From a virus: a stretch of DNA of 64,000 bases. The notes under the pieces were generated by a model. The model was not told where the DNA came from. It ran no database searches and worked only from the letters and a program-made list of their open reading frames with translations. Where the stretch lies: positions 64,001 through 128,000 of the IMG/VR virus record IMGVR_UViG_3300045988_166055; one strand, given 5' to 3'. The position numbers and the translations under genes were made by a program. The stretch's first letter is position 1; each line of letters starts with the position of its first letter. Shown one piece after another: positions 38,338 through 47,132 of the stretch.

Positions 38338-38565
38338 ATGAAGAAGCTAAGAAGAATTACAGCTGCTTCTGAGGATAAGATGTCAGAAGAATTAGACAAT
38401 CAGATTGACTCACTAAAAGACGATTTTGATTATGCTATTGATGGCTTGAGTAAGCTAGGAAGAATGGGTGTCAACGCGTCAAATGATGCAATGGCGATTG
38501 CTGAAAACTTTCACAATTCTCTTCAAACTATTATAAACGATATTGCTAATAAGGTGGTTGAGTAA
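38338..38565 (+). CDS. hypothetical protein (75 aa)
   Basis: SD GAGGTG. Confidence 0.55.
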   Translation: MKKLRRITAASEDKMSEELDNQIDSLKDDFDYAIDGLSKLGRMGVNASNDAMAIAENFHNSLQTIINDIANKVVE

Positions 38566-38566
38566 T

Positions 38567-39847
38567 ATGGCTAAAAGAACACACGGCACTCCAGAGCAAT
38601 TCTTAAACGCTCTTGAAAACAAGATAAACGAACTTGGTGGATACGATGTAGACAGCGCAACTAACATATCTAACATTCCTTCAAAGCCAGAAATGAAGAA
38701 TGTAAAGTCATCTGAAATGAACATTGACAAAGAGAGATATCTTCATAATCTGATCGGCGATCTAGAACTAGATCTTGAAGATTTAGTACAAGGATTTACT
38801 GCTGACTACGAAGACGATAACCTGTATGTTACTGTTGAAACATTCGACGGAAATACTAGAGAGTACAAAGTCCCGTTTTCTGATCTTAACTGGGATTTCA
38901 GATCAATGGATACAGATGTTGCATATATTTCTGATCACATTGCAGAAGACTTAGATCTCGACCCTACTTCTGACTTAGATTATGACGAGGACGAAGATGT
39001 ATATGCTGAAGGATCTACTTGGGATGAGTTCATAAAAAATCTGGAAGAGAATAATGAAGTTAAAGTAGATGCAGCTTATCGGTATAAGTATACAGGAGAC
39101 AAAATCATCTTTTACAGAAATAACCAAGCATTTGAAGGCGAAGTAACTGAATATTTTAACGGAGACTATGAGCTCATGAAGTATAATGTTCACAAGATTA
39201 GATCTATAAAGAACTCTACTTCTGTAAATTCATCAAAAGAAGCTAAAGCTGAATATAAAGATAGAAGAGGGTATAAGTATACTGAGAAAGAACTTCGAAG
39301 AATTCTTGAAGATCAGCGTGACTTGTATCCAGGTGTTTCATACGAAAACTGGATAAAGACTAACATAGACGAGGGACAGTTGTTCCCAATAAAAGAAGCT
39401 ATTAGCTTTGAAGAAAATGATGATGAAGTTATGTCTTCTAAAGATTACTTCATTAAACGAAATAATGATTACGAAAGAATTGAAGACAAAGTAGAGGCAG
39501 AGGTAATAAAGAAGCTGGAATCTCAAGGAGTAGACACAGATTCAACTGAAGCAGGATTCTTCCTAGATCGTGCTGTTGATCTGATAATGCAGCAGGATAA
39601 TCCAGATGTTGAGTATTGGTGGAAGAAATTGATGAAGGAGTATAAGGAAGACGTTGACGAACTTCCTCATAGAAACAATAAGAAGAATTCCACTAATTAT
39701 AATGATAGAAAATATTTAGATCAAGATGGCGAAGAATATACAATGTCTGAGTTGAAAGAAATTTTCAAAAATGAGTATCATCCCGATATTTCATTTGATG
39801 AATGGATGAGTGAATCACTCGAAAATGGATATCTTTTCGAGTCTTAA
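38567..39847 (+). CDS. hypothetical acidic protein (426 aa)
   Basis: ATG 38567 lies 1 nt after the upstream TAA. Confidence 0.6.
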   Translation: MAKRTHGTPEQFLNALENKINELGGYDVDSATNISNIPSKPEMKNVKSSEMNIDKERYLHNLIGDLELDLEDLVQGFTADYEDDNLYVTVETFDGNTREYKVPFSDLNWDFRSMDTDVAYISDHIAEDLDLDPTSDLDYDEDEDVYAEGSTWDEFIKNLEENNEVKVDAAYRYKYTGDKIIFYRNNQAFEGEVTEYFNGDYELMKYNVHKIRSIKNSTSVNSSKEAKAEYKDRRGYKYTEKELRRILEDQRDLYPGVSYENWIKTNIDEGQLFPIKEAISFEENDDEVMSSKDYFIKRNNDYERIEDKVEAEVIKKLESQGVDTDSTEAGFFLDRAVDLIMQQDNPDVEYWWKKLMKEYKEDVDELPHRNNKKNSTNYNDRKYLDQDGEEYTMSELKEIFKNEYHPDISFDEWMSESLENGYLFES

Positions 39848-39850
39848 CTG

Positions 39851-40327
39851 ATGGGAAACGACGGCCTTGGAAAGAAAGCTGAACAAAAGCTTCGTGTTTG
39901 GTTAGATAGACCTGAAGATGGGTTCAGCTTTGAGAGACTTCCAGATCAGTTATCAGGGTTCTATGGAAGTAAAAATAAATGCGATTTCATAGTTTTCAAA
40001 TCTCCATATATGATTTATCTAGAAAGCAAAAGTACTTGGGAAGATAGATTTGATTTTTCAATGATATCTGATTATCAGTATGAAAGCCTTTTAGATAGAT
40101 CGAAAATAGAAAATGTTTTTGGATATGTAGCAATCTTATTTGCTACATACAAGAGATGCTTTCTTATTGATGTTAATCAAATAGCTAAACTAAAAAGCGA
40201 AGGAAAAAAATCTATCAACATAAATAAGATAGATAAGTGGAATTTCAAATATTCTGAGATTCCTACATTACCAAGCAAAAAGCAGCTACTTGATTATGTG
40301 GGAAACATAGTAGATTTAATCAATTGA
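39851..40327 (+). CDS. RecU-like / PD-(D/E)XK Holliday-junction resolvase candidate
   Basis: FERLPDQ...CDFIVFKSPYMIYLESKST...ISDYQYESL fits the D...E.K RecU layout. Confidence 0.5.
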   Translation: MGNDGLGKKAEQKLRVWLDRPEDGFSFERLPDQLSGFYGSKNKCDFIVFKSPYMIYLESKSTWEDRFDFSMISDYQYESLLDRSKIENVFGYVAILFATYKRCFLIDVNQIAKLKSEGKKSININKIDKWNFKYSEIPTLPSKKQLLDYVGNIVDLIN

Positions 40328-40345
40328 ACCTTATATCGTATTACA
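40325..40345 (+). promoter_or_regulatory. class B box
   Basis: TGAACCTTATATCGTATTACA, 27 nt before ATG 40372. Confidence 0.5.
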
Positions 40346-40371
40346 AATAAGTATGTAAGGAGACGATTCAA

Positions 40372-40638
40372 ATGGGTTTTGAATTTGCAACATTCGCAGC
40401 AATTACAGTTCTTGCTTATCTTGTTGGTATCGCCGTAAAGGCTTCTTCACTCGACAGCAAGTGGATTCCTGTAATTGTAGGTGCTTTCGGACTTATCGTT
40501 GGTGTAGCTGCTTTCTACATTGGAACTCCTGAGTTCCCTGCAAACGATCCTATTACTGCTGCTGCAGTTGGCGTCGCTTCTGGGCTTGCTGCAACTGGTA
40601 TCAACCAGGCGGTTAAGCAGCTATCAAGCAAGGAATAA
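40372..40638 (+). CDS. holin-like small membrane protein
   Basis: 88 aa, two or three hydrophobic spans, charged C-terminus (NQAVKQLSSKE). Confidence 0.5.
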   Translation: MGFEFATFAAITVLAYLVGIAVKASSLDSKWIPVIVGAFGLIVGVAAFYIGTPEFPANDPITAAAVGVASGLAATGINQAVKQLSSKE

Positions 40639-40694
40639 GCTGATACCATAGCGCCCAGTGGTGTCAGCCAGGCGTGTTCATGGTTTTCATAAAG

Positions 40695-40788
40695 TACCTC
40701 CTTTCTTTAGGGTAGGCAGGATCTCACGGTCCTGCCTATTCCTATGTTTACTTAAGAATCGTTATTGTAATCATAAGAAAAGGAGGTA
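40695..40788 (+). promoter_or_regulatory. anti-SD / terminator / class A box / SD arrangement
   Basis: TACCTCCTTT (40695-40704) is complementary to AAAGGAGGTA (40779-40788, the SD of ATG 40795); box GAATCGTTATTGTAATC at 40756-40772. Confidence 0.5.
40713..40750 (+). terminator. hairpin terminator candidate
   Basis: TAGGCAGGA-TCTCACGG-TCCTGCCTA (9 bp) then TTCCTATGTTT. Confidence 0.5.
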
Positions 40789-40794
40789 TTCACT

Positions 40795-41691
40795 ATGGCA
40801 GCAACTTATAAGCCGTTTTCTGAATTCAAATATTGGTTCATAAGAGATAATGAAGAAAATGTCAGTGTTTTCAGATCTTCTGATAAGAAGAAGATTGGAT
40901 TCATGACAATTGATCCATCCGATGTAGATGTTTCAATGACAAAAGATAACAAATGGTTTCTTCCTTATCACGAAGCAGTAGTATCTGATGACATCTCAGA
41001 AAATGAAGTTGTTTGTTCCTACAATGACTGGATCAATCGTCCTGAGTACTTTGTAGGCTGTTATAATCAGCCTATCATTGACGGAATGAGCAACTATTCT
41101 AGACGAGAGGTATACATCAATATCCTAAGAGGGTGCTGCTACATTAGAGTTTACAACAATGGAAGAGATCCGGACACATGTCAGGATGCTGTAGATAGAA
41201 TTGTAGCTTGGCTTGACGAAACAGATTTCTTTACAGCACCCGCATCTACTCGATTCCACGAATCGTTTGAAGGTGGTCTTCTTTATCACACTTTGAAAGT
41301 ATACAATCAAATTGTTGATCTTATGAAAGTAACCAAGTTCAGCAAAGTTGGTGTTGCAAGTGCTGCTCTTGTAGCTCTTGTTCACGACTGGTGTAAGATC
41401 AACCTTTACTCTCCATATAAGAAGAATGTAAAGAATCAAGAAAACGGTCAGTGGGAACAGGTAGATGCATATAATAGAGGAAGTTACGAATTTCCTCATG
41501 GTCAGCAGTCTCTTGAAGTAGCAAGATGCTTCTTCAAATTCACCCAGGAGGAAAAGCTTGCAATTACTCATCATATGGGACACTGGTATTGTCATCCTTC
41601 AGAAGAGAGTTGCTTGCAAACATCAAATGAAAGATATCCGCTTGTTCATATGTTGCAGTTTGCTGATCAGCTAGCAATTACCTCTTACTAA
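40795..41691 (+). CDS. HD-domain phosphohydrolase
   Basis: RFHESFEGGLLYHTLKV ... ALVHDWCKI (H...HD signature). Confidence 0.7.
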   Translation: MAATYKPFSEFKYWFIRDNEENVSVFRSSDKKKIGFMTIDPSDVDVSMTKDNKWFLPYHEAVVSDDISENEVVCSYNDWINRPEYFVGCYNQPIIDGMSNYSRREVYINILRGCCYIRVYNNGRDPDTCQDAVDRIVAWLDETDFFTAPASTRFHESFEGGLLYHTLKVYNQIVDLMKVTKFSKVGVASAALVALVHDWCKINLYSPYKKNVKNQENGQWEQVDAYNRGSYEFPHGQQSLEVARCFFKFTQEEKLAITHHMGHWYCHPSEESCLQTSNERYPLVHMLQFADQLAITSY

Positions 41692-41703
41692 AGGATGATA
41701 TAG

Positions 41704-42231
41704 ATGACAGACGCCCAGGAGAAGCTAATAGTTGATAATTATCAACTTGTACATGGATTTGTTCATAAGTATGGCCAATCATTTGGTCATGAATATGATG
41801 AATCTGTACAGATAGCTTCTCTTGGGCTTTGTTATGCAGCTCTAAAGTATGATGAAACAAAATCAAAGTTTTCAACTTATGCTTATCAATGTATGATGAG
41901 AGAATTCTTGAAACTAGAAAGATTGAAGAAAGCAAAGCGGAGAGACTTCTCAACTATTTCAATTCAAACTCCTATTCAAAATGTAAAAGGTGAAGAGTCT
42001 GGTTGTCTTGAGGACATTATTTCATATGATGAATTAGGATTCCAAGAAATAGAAATAAAGGATCAAATCGAATACGCACTGTCTAGATTCAGTGGAAAAC
42101 AATTAGAAATAGTTAAATATTTCATAGAAAACGGAAAATGTAATCAAAAGACTGTAGCTAAATTATTTGGAGTATCTCAATCATACATATCTAGAATACT
42201 TAGAAGGTTCAAAAATCTAATAGAATATTAA
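41704..42231 (+). CDS. phage-encoded sigma-70-family sigma factor
   Basis: Region 2 (DESVQIASLGLCYAALKYDE..FSTYAYQCMMREF) and region 4 HTH (KTVAKLFGVSQSYISRILRR). Confidence 0.85.
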   Translation: MTDAQEKLIVDNYQLVHGFVHKYGQSFGHEYDESVQIASLGLCYAALKYDETKSKFSTYAYQCMMREFLKLERLKKAKRRDFSTISIQTPIQNVKGEESGCLEDIISYDELGFQEIEIKDQIEYALSRFSGKQLEIVKYFIENGKCNQKTVAKLFGVSQSYISRILRRFKNLIEY

Positions 42232-42232
42232 T

Positions 42233-42253
42233 GAGAACCTTGTATACTCATGA
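42233..42253 (+). promoter_or_regulatory. class B box
   Basis: GAGAACCTTGTATACTCATGA immediately after the sigma gene stop. Confidence 0.5.
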
Positions 42254-42283
42254 GTTAAGCTCTTGAAATAAGGAGGTATATTT

Positions 42284-42967
42284 ATGACCCTTTCTGAGGA
42301 CATGAAGAAAATAGCCCAAGACGATATAGAAGAAATCATTGATTGGCTTGAAGATGATGGATACAAAGCCAGTTTAGTTTCAATGGAACTTGATCCTGAT
42401 GAAATTGAAATGGATTTGATTCAAAATGTAAAAGCTGTTTTCAGTGTAAACGGAAAAGAAATCCCGCTTAATTTTTATTATTCAATTAAGACGGAAGCAA
42501 AAGAAATCTACATAAATAGGTCGGATGACGAACTTGCAAACGCTTTGAAGGCAGCATCAGTAAATGTATCTGAATCTAAAAAAATTAAATCAAAAAATAT
42601 TACTGCTGCTAAGATAACAGCTGCAGATGAAGATTTTGAAAGCGATGAATTTGACGAGTCTTTTGACGAGTCTACTTCTGAAGAAGATTCAGACAGCTTA
42701 GCTGATAGTATTGACAGCATTTCTGACAAGGTTGACGATATGCAGGATACTATTGATGATGCTGAAGTCGAAGATGATATTGACATAGATATAGAAAATA
42801 ATATCGACAATCATTATATCGCTGAATGCGAAAGATGTCATGGTATATTTATTTCTTCCGTTGTTGAATCAGATCAGCAGCTTGAAAAAATTCATGGAAC
42901 CTGTCCTCTTTGCGATAGAGATACCGATCAGTATCTAAAATGGACTGTCAAGAAGGTAGAAAAATGA
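42284..42967 (+). CDS. acidic protein with C-terminal zinc ribbon
   Basis: SD AAGGAGG; CERCHG...CPLCDRD. Confidence 0.6.
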   Translation: MTLSEDMKKIAQDDIEEIIDWLEDDGYKASLVSMELDPDEIEMDLIQNVKAVFSVNGKEIPLNFYYSIKTEAKEIYINRSDDELANALKAASVNVSESKKIKSKNITAAKITAADEDFESDEFDESFDESTSEEDSDSLADSIDSISDKVDDMQDTIDDAEVEDDIDIDIENNIDNHYIAECERCHGIFISSVVESDQQLEKIHGTCPLCDRDTDQYLKWTVKKVEK

Positions 42968-43143
42968 AGAGTAAAAAGAAAGGATTTTTAACTTGTGATA
43001 TATGCGGAAAAGACTTCATAAAGGTTTATGATAGCATATATCAGTTTCCTTTCAAAGGTAAAATGTGTCACTTCTGTTCATATACATGTTATAGAGTTGG
43101 GCAAGCGACAAAGGAGAGATTGAAAAATGAAAAAGATGGTTAG
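42964..43143 (+). CDS. small FCS/TRASH-type zinc-finger protein (59 aa)
   Basis: CDICGKDF...CHFCSYTCY; ATGA overlap with the upstream stop. Confidence 0.5.
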   Translation: MKSKKKGFLTCDICGKDFIKVYDSIYQFPFKGKMCHFCSYTCYRVGQATKERLKNEKDG

Positions 43144-43531
43144 CTCATTCCGAAGTGCAATCAAAGCTGATTCAATGAATACAAAGATAACCCAAACTAA
43201 TAAAATTAGAATAGGCGGAAATAATTTCAGAGTGCATACAACAGAATACAATGATGCACCCGATGCCGATGTTATTCAATTATACAATGATTTCTGCGCA
43301 TCCATTTCCATGATTGCACCTTACGATGATGCAGATTACTTCTGGGCAACAATTACAAGAGGAACAATCAAGTATATTCGAGGCGGAAAAGTAAAAGAAA
43401 TTGATTACTACATGAACGCTGATGATATGGACATTGAAAACAATGAATGGGCAAACGAAATAATTGAACAGGTTTGTGTTAGACTGAATCAGTTAAATAA
43501 AAACATTGAACCTAGAATTATTCACAATTGA
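43127..43531 (+). CDS. hypothetical protein (134 aa)
   Basis: SD AAGGAGAG. Confidence 0.6.
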   Translation: MKKMVSSFRSAIKADSMNTKITQTNKIRIGGNNFRVHTTEYNDAPDADVIQLYNDFCASISMIAPYDDADYFWATITRGTIKYIRGGKVKEIDYYMNADDMDIENNEWANEIIEQVCVRLNQLNKNIEPRIIHN

Positions 43532-43541
43532 GGTGAAATTT

Positions 43542-44234
43542 ATGAAGATAATCAAAAAGAGAATATTCTGCTCATTTAACGGTGAGCCTGATCCTACAGG
43601 TCTTTCTGAAGGGTCATTGCGAGATGCACAGAAAGCAAAAACATGGCAAGAAGTTTACAAATTATTTGATAAAATTGTAGACAAATATATGCCTGATGCT
43701 GAAAAGATTGAAAAAGAAGTTTACAATCTTTATGAAAAGAATAAAGGCTTGAAACAGTATCAAGAAGCATATGATCATTGGATTGATGAAGCTGATTTAT
43801 CTATCGAAAACAATGAAGAATACGAAATAGAGAGCTCTGTAGATATTGATGAAGAAACAGAAGATCCTAAATGGATATGTCTTGATATTAAGCATGTAAG
43901 AGATAGCGACGGAATGCTGACTGATTACGCTCTTTACACAACCAAAGACGAAGATAAATATATCTGCATGTTTGGAGATGCAGATGTATATGCTCCAGAT
44001 GAGATGTATGCAGATGCTGAATTTGATACTGAAGATGAAGCGCTTGAATGGTTTGAAAATTATGTTGGGCCTGGAGATGAAGATGATGAAGATGATATAT
44101 ACTCTTCAGAGGAAACTGATGGTGACGAAGATAATGATGATCTAGATCATCCTGATCAAGAGTTTGATTCCGCAGATACTTCAATAAATTCTTCTAAACT
44201 CCCAGCTGTGGGAGATGACATCATATTTATTTGA
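43542..44234 (+). CDS. acidic hypothetical protein; its C-terminus duplicates the N-terminus of 45268-46674
   Basis: ATG after GAGGTG; ends ...LDHPDQEFDSADTSINSSKLPAVGDDIIFI. Confidence 0.6.
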   Translation: MKIIKKRIFCSFNGEPDPTGLSEGSLRDAQKAKTWQEVYKLFDKIVDKYMPDAEKIEKEVYNLYEKNKGLKQYQEAYDHWIDEADLSIENNEEYEIESSVDIDEETEDPKWICLDIKHVRDSDGMLTDYALYTTKDEDKYICMFGDADVYAPDEMYADAEFDTEDEALEWFENYVGPGDEDDEDDIYSSEETDGDEDNDDLDHPDQEFDSADTSINSSKLPAVGDDIIFI

Positions 44235-44254
44235 GTGGGTAGTATGATAACGCC

Positions 44255-44272
44255 TTAACCTTATATCTTATT
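44255..44272 (+). promoter_or_regulatory. class B-like box inside a hairpin
   Basis: TTAACCTTATATCTTATT; flanked by CCTTAACC / GGTTAAGG inverted repeat. Confidence 0.35.
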
Positions 44273-44291
44273 GGTTAAGGGGGAGATAATA

Positions 44292-45293
44292 TTGGTAGGT
44301 ATATATAAAATACAAAACAAAATCAACGGAAAAATTTATATAGGACAATCGGTAGATATAAATAGTAGATTGCAGGATCATAGAAAAAACAGCAGTAATA
44401 CATATTTAAGAAATTCAATTAAAAAATATGGATTATCAAATTTTTCATTTGAAGTAGAAGAAATCTGTGATGAATCAGAATTAGATGAAAGAGAAAAATT
44501 CTATATAGAATATTATGATGCTACAAATCCTGACAAAGGTTATAATGTACAGCTAGGTGGAAAGATATCGGAAGCTGCTAGCGGAGAACATTATAGAAAC
44601 TGGTTAAGTCAATTAGCTAAGAATAGAGCTTCATCGCCAGATTATAAGAATCCTGCAGAAGGTACAACTCTAATAAGTAAAGGCGACATTACTTCTAGAT
44701 GTAAAGTATGCGATTTAGATAAATATCTATCAGAAGGTTGGATCATTGGACCTTCAAACATATGGAGGGAATCGCACAGACATTCGTCTAACATAGAATA
44801 TTTTTCAAATCATAAATTTGTAGGGCCTAAAAACGGATTCTACGGTAAACACCATACAGAAGCTACAAAAGAAAAGATACGTAGAAATATGCCAGATACT
44901 GGTAAAGCTAACAGAGGAAAAAAATTATCTGAGGAGCAGAAGGCTAAGCTTAGAGGACCCAGACCTTCTATATCAGGAGACAAGAATCCTAACTATGGTA
45001 AGCGAGGAGAAAATTCTATAATGCATGGTCGAAGAGTAATAAACAACGGAGTATCTGAAAAACGAATAAATTCAAATGAATTAGATAAATACTTATCTAA
45101 AGGATGGAGTTTAGGCCGTAAACCTTCTGTAAAAGATAACTTAAAACAAGTTGCTTCGAAGGCTAGTAACAATAAGAAGCTACTAAATAATGGGAAAATA
45201 TGCAAATACTTCTATACCGATGAGGTAGAAAATAAAATTAAAGACGGTTGGAAAGTAGGTAGGTTAAATGAAAATATTGAAAATAACTGCTAG
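44292..45293 (+). CDS. GIY-YIG homing endonuclease with NUMOD3-type repeats
   Basis: VGIYKIQNKINGKIYIGQS...R...H; repeated KNPNYGK / GFYGKHH motifs; TTG 44292 lies 6 nt after AAGGGGGAG (the track start 44271 is further upstream). Confidence 0.85.
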   Translation: MVGIYKIQNKINGKIYIGQSVDINSRLQDHRKNSSNTYLRNSIKKYGLSNFSFEVEEICDESELDEREKFYIEYYDATNPDKGYNVQLGGKISEAASGEHYRNWLSQLAKNRASSPDYKNPAEGTTLISKGDITSRCKVCDLDKYLSEGWIIGPSNIWRESHRHSSNIEYFSNHKFVGPKNGFYGKHHTEATKEKIRRNMPDTGKANRGKKLSEEQKAKLRGPRPSISGDKNPNYGKRGENSIMHGRRVINNGVSEKRINSNELDKYLSKGWSLGRKPSVKDNLKQVASKASNNKKLLNNGKICKYFYTDEVENKIKDGWKVGRLNENIENNC

Positions 45294-46674
45294 TGTTGAT
45301 GAAAATGATGTCGAATTAGATAATCCTGAACAAGAATTTACATCAGAAAATACATCAATAAATAAGAATAAGCTTCCAGCAGTTTATCGCTTAATAAATA
45401 TACCCAAATGGTCTGTAGGAATTGATTTTGGTGGTGGAAAATGGGACACCGCAGTAGAGCATATCCGAGATTTAGGTGCAACACTCTGTGTATACGATCC
45501 GTATAACAGAACTGCTCAGCACAACAGAGAAATGCTTAAAACGCTAAAAGCAAACGGCGGAGCTGATTGGGCTGTAAATTCAAATGTTCTGAATGTTATC
45601 AAGGAGCAGGAAGCAAGACAAAGTGTTTTAAGAAACATTTCTAAGATAACTAAATCTGGAGCCCCTATTTATATTACAGTCTACGAAGGTAGAGGAGACG
45701 CAAAGGAAGGTCCAACAAAATCTGGTTACCAGCTTAACAGAAAGACTCAAGATTATCTAGAAGAAATTCAAGAAGTCTTCCCAGATGCAAAGAGAAAAGG
45801 TAAGCTGATCATTGCACATAATGTTCAGTCAGCAAGCTCTTCTACAAATGTTAATTCGTCCGAAAAAGTTCGCCCTATAGATGAATTAAATGAGGTAACA
45901 GATCAAATTAGAGACGACCTGATTCAGAAACTAGTTGATGTTATGTCAGGTACAACTTTTGGATTCTCTAGAAATGAAGCTATTGATTATTCAAGAGTAG
46001 ATATTAGATTTGACGACGATGAAAACAGGATTGAAGTTGAAGTTGGTGCAGAAGTTAGCTACGACGGTCTAATGCGAATTGCTCAAGAGCTTGATCCTAT
46101 AATTCAATCGTATGATCAAGATGCTTACTTTGATGCTGAAGATGCAGGATTGCTTGTCGCAGTTATTCCATACGAGTCATTGAGAAAGCACATGAATGTT
46201 AATTCAGCTGTTGACGTTCCCGAACCTTCATTAGATCCTCCTGAATACGATGATCCTGAGGAAGGTGAAGAAACAGTTGAAGTTGAATGTGACATCAATC
46301 AACTTGAAATAACAGTTGACGAAGACGGATCATGGGAATATCAAAGAGATGATTTCCTTGACGAAATTCTTACTTCCGAGGATGAGCTTACTTCTGAAGA
46401 ATATGATGTATACATTCAGGACAGAAACGGCTTGATTGAAGACTTTGACTCAATTGTAGAGCCTAGCATCCCAGGAGTACCTGGAACTTATTTAATTTCT
46501 TGCCATGTCAAAATGGTTTATGACGTAACAGGCGTAGAGATTGTACGTGAATATCAAGGTAAAGACGAAGACGGTGATCCTATAATTGATGAGGATTACT
46601 ACACCGGAAATGCTGATGTAGAGTTCAACAGAAATGAAAGCTACATAACAAACTTCTATTCAGAAGAAATCTAA
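45268..46674 (+). CDS. class I methyltransferase-like N-terminal domain plus long acidic C-terminal region
   Basis: VGIDFGGGKWD ... CVYDPYN ... NSNVLNVI ... PIYITVYEG resemble SAM-MTase motifs I, II and IV; its start overlaps the endonuclease 3' end. Confidence 0.45.
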   Translation: MKILKITASVDENDVELDNPEQEFTSENTSINKNKLPAVYRLINIPKWSVGIDFGGGKWDTAVEHIRDLGATLCVYDPYNRTAQHNREMLKTLKANGGADWAVNSNVLNVIKEQEARQSVLRNISKITKSGAPIYITVYEGRGDAKEGPTKSGYQLNRKTQDYLEEIQEVFPDAKRKGKLIIAHNVQSASSSTNVNSSEKVRPIDELNEVTDQIRDDLIQKLVDVMSGTTFGFSRNEAIDYSRVDIRFDDDENRIEVEVGAEVSYDGLMRIAQELDPIIQSYDQDAYFDAEDAGLLVAVIPYESLRKHMNVNSAVDVPEPSLDPPEYDDPEEGEETVEVECDINQLEITVDEDGSWEYQRDDFLDEILTSEDELTSEEYDVYIQDRNGLIEDFDSIVEPSIPGVPGTYLISCHVKMVYDVTGVEIVREYQGKDEDGDPIIDEDYYTGNADVEFNRNESYITNFYSEEI

Positions 46675-46682
46675 ATAGATAA

Positions 46683-46729
46683 GAATCGTTATAATCAGTG
46701 AAGGAGAAATTCTTCACTGATTATTTTTT
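46683..46729 (+). promoter_or_regulatory. class A box overlapping a terminator hairpin
   Basis: GAATCGTTATAAT; the stem ATCAGTGAAG / CTTCACTGAT (46694-46721) begins inside the TATAAT; followed by TATTTTTT. Confidence 0.5.
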
Positions 46730-46746
46730 ACGGAGGACACATCAAA

Positions 46747-47127
46747 ATGAAAAAATTCAGATCCGTACTTTCTGTAATCTTTGGAGTTATCTGTGCATTC
46801 AGTTTCTTTATCTGCATCAGCATAGATGCAGATCATCCTGATTGGTTCAAGTATCTCATGATTGGATTCATCACCTTTGTAGTGTCTTACTTCCTTGCAA
46901 GTTTCTTCTATAATCCTCATAAGTACATTCGTCATTTTTATGCTGCTTTCATGACAATTGCAATTAAAATTCAAATTCGTCGTAGACCTAATAGCAAACT
47001 TGCTTTAGGTGTGAAGGAAAAATTTTCCTTTAGGCATGGCGGTCATTATAATAAGAAAATCAACTACAAGAAGTTCTATCGTTATGCTCTTAGCTACTAT
47101 GATAGAGATCATTTTCAGGAGGTATAA
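46747..47127 (+). CDS. small membrane protein (two TM)
   Basis: SD ACGGAGG; hydrophobic spans VLSVIFGVICAFSFFICI and LMIGFITFVVSYFLASFF. Confidence 0.6.
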   Translation: MKKFRSVLSVIFGVICAFSFFICISIDADHPDWFKYLMIGFITFVVSYFLASFFYNPHKYIRHFYAAFMTIAIKIQIRRRPNSKLALGVKEKFSFRHGGHYNKKINYKKFYRYALSYYDRDHFQEV

Positions 47128-47132
47128 ATACA

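Noticed and set aside
40655-40700. Minus-strand micro-ORF (MKTMNTPG) with an apparently strong SD (AGGAGG)
   Set aside because: The apparent SD is simply the reverse complement of the anti-SD element TACCTCCTTT described on the + strand. No other minus-strand gene exists in 64 kb.
40658-40843. 61-aa + strand ORF with a GTG start after the holin-like gene
   Set aside because: It spans two hairpins, a terminator and a class A box, and overlaps the well-supported ATG 40795 gene in another frame.
44235-45315. Group I intron carrying the GIY-YIG gene
   Set aside because: The upstream gene ends at a stop 57 nt before the endonuclease start, and the downstream gene starts inside the endonuclease 3' end. 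That leaves no room for intron core structure. The duplicated junction is also not what splicing would require.
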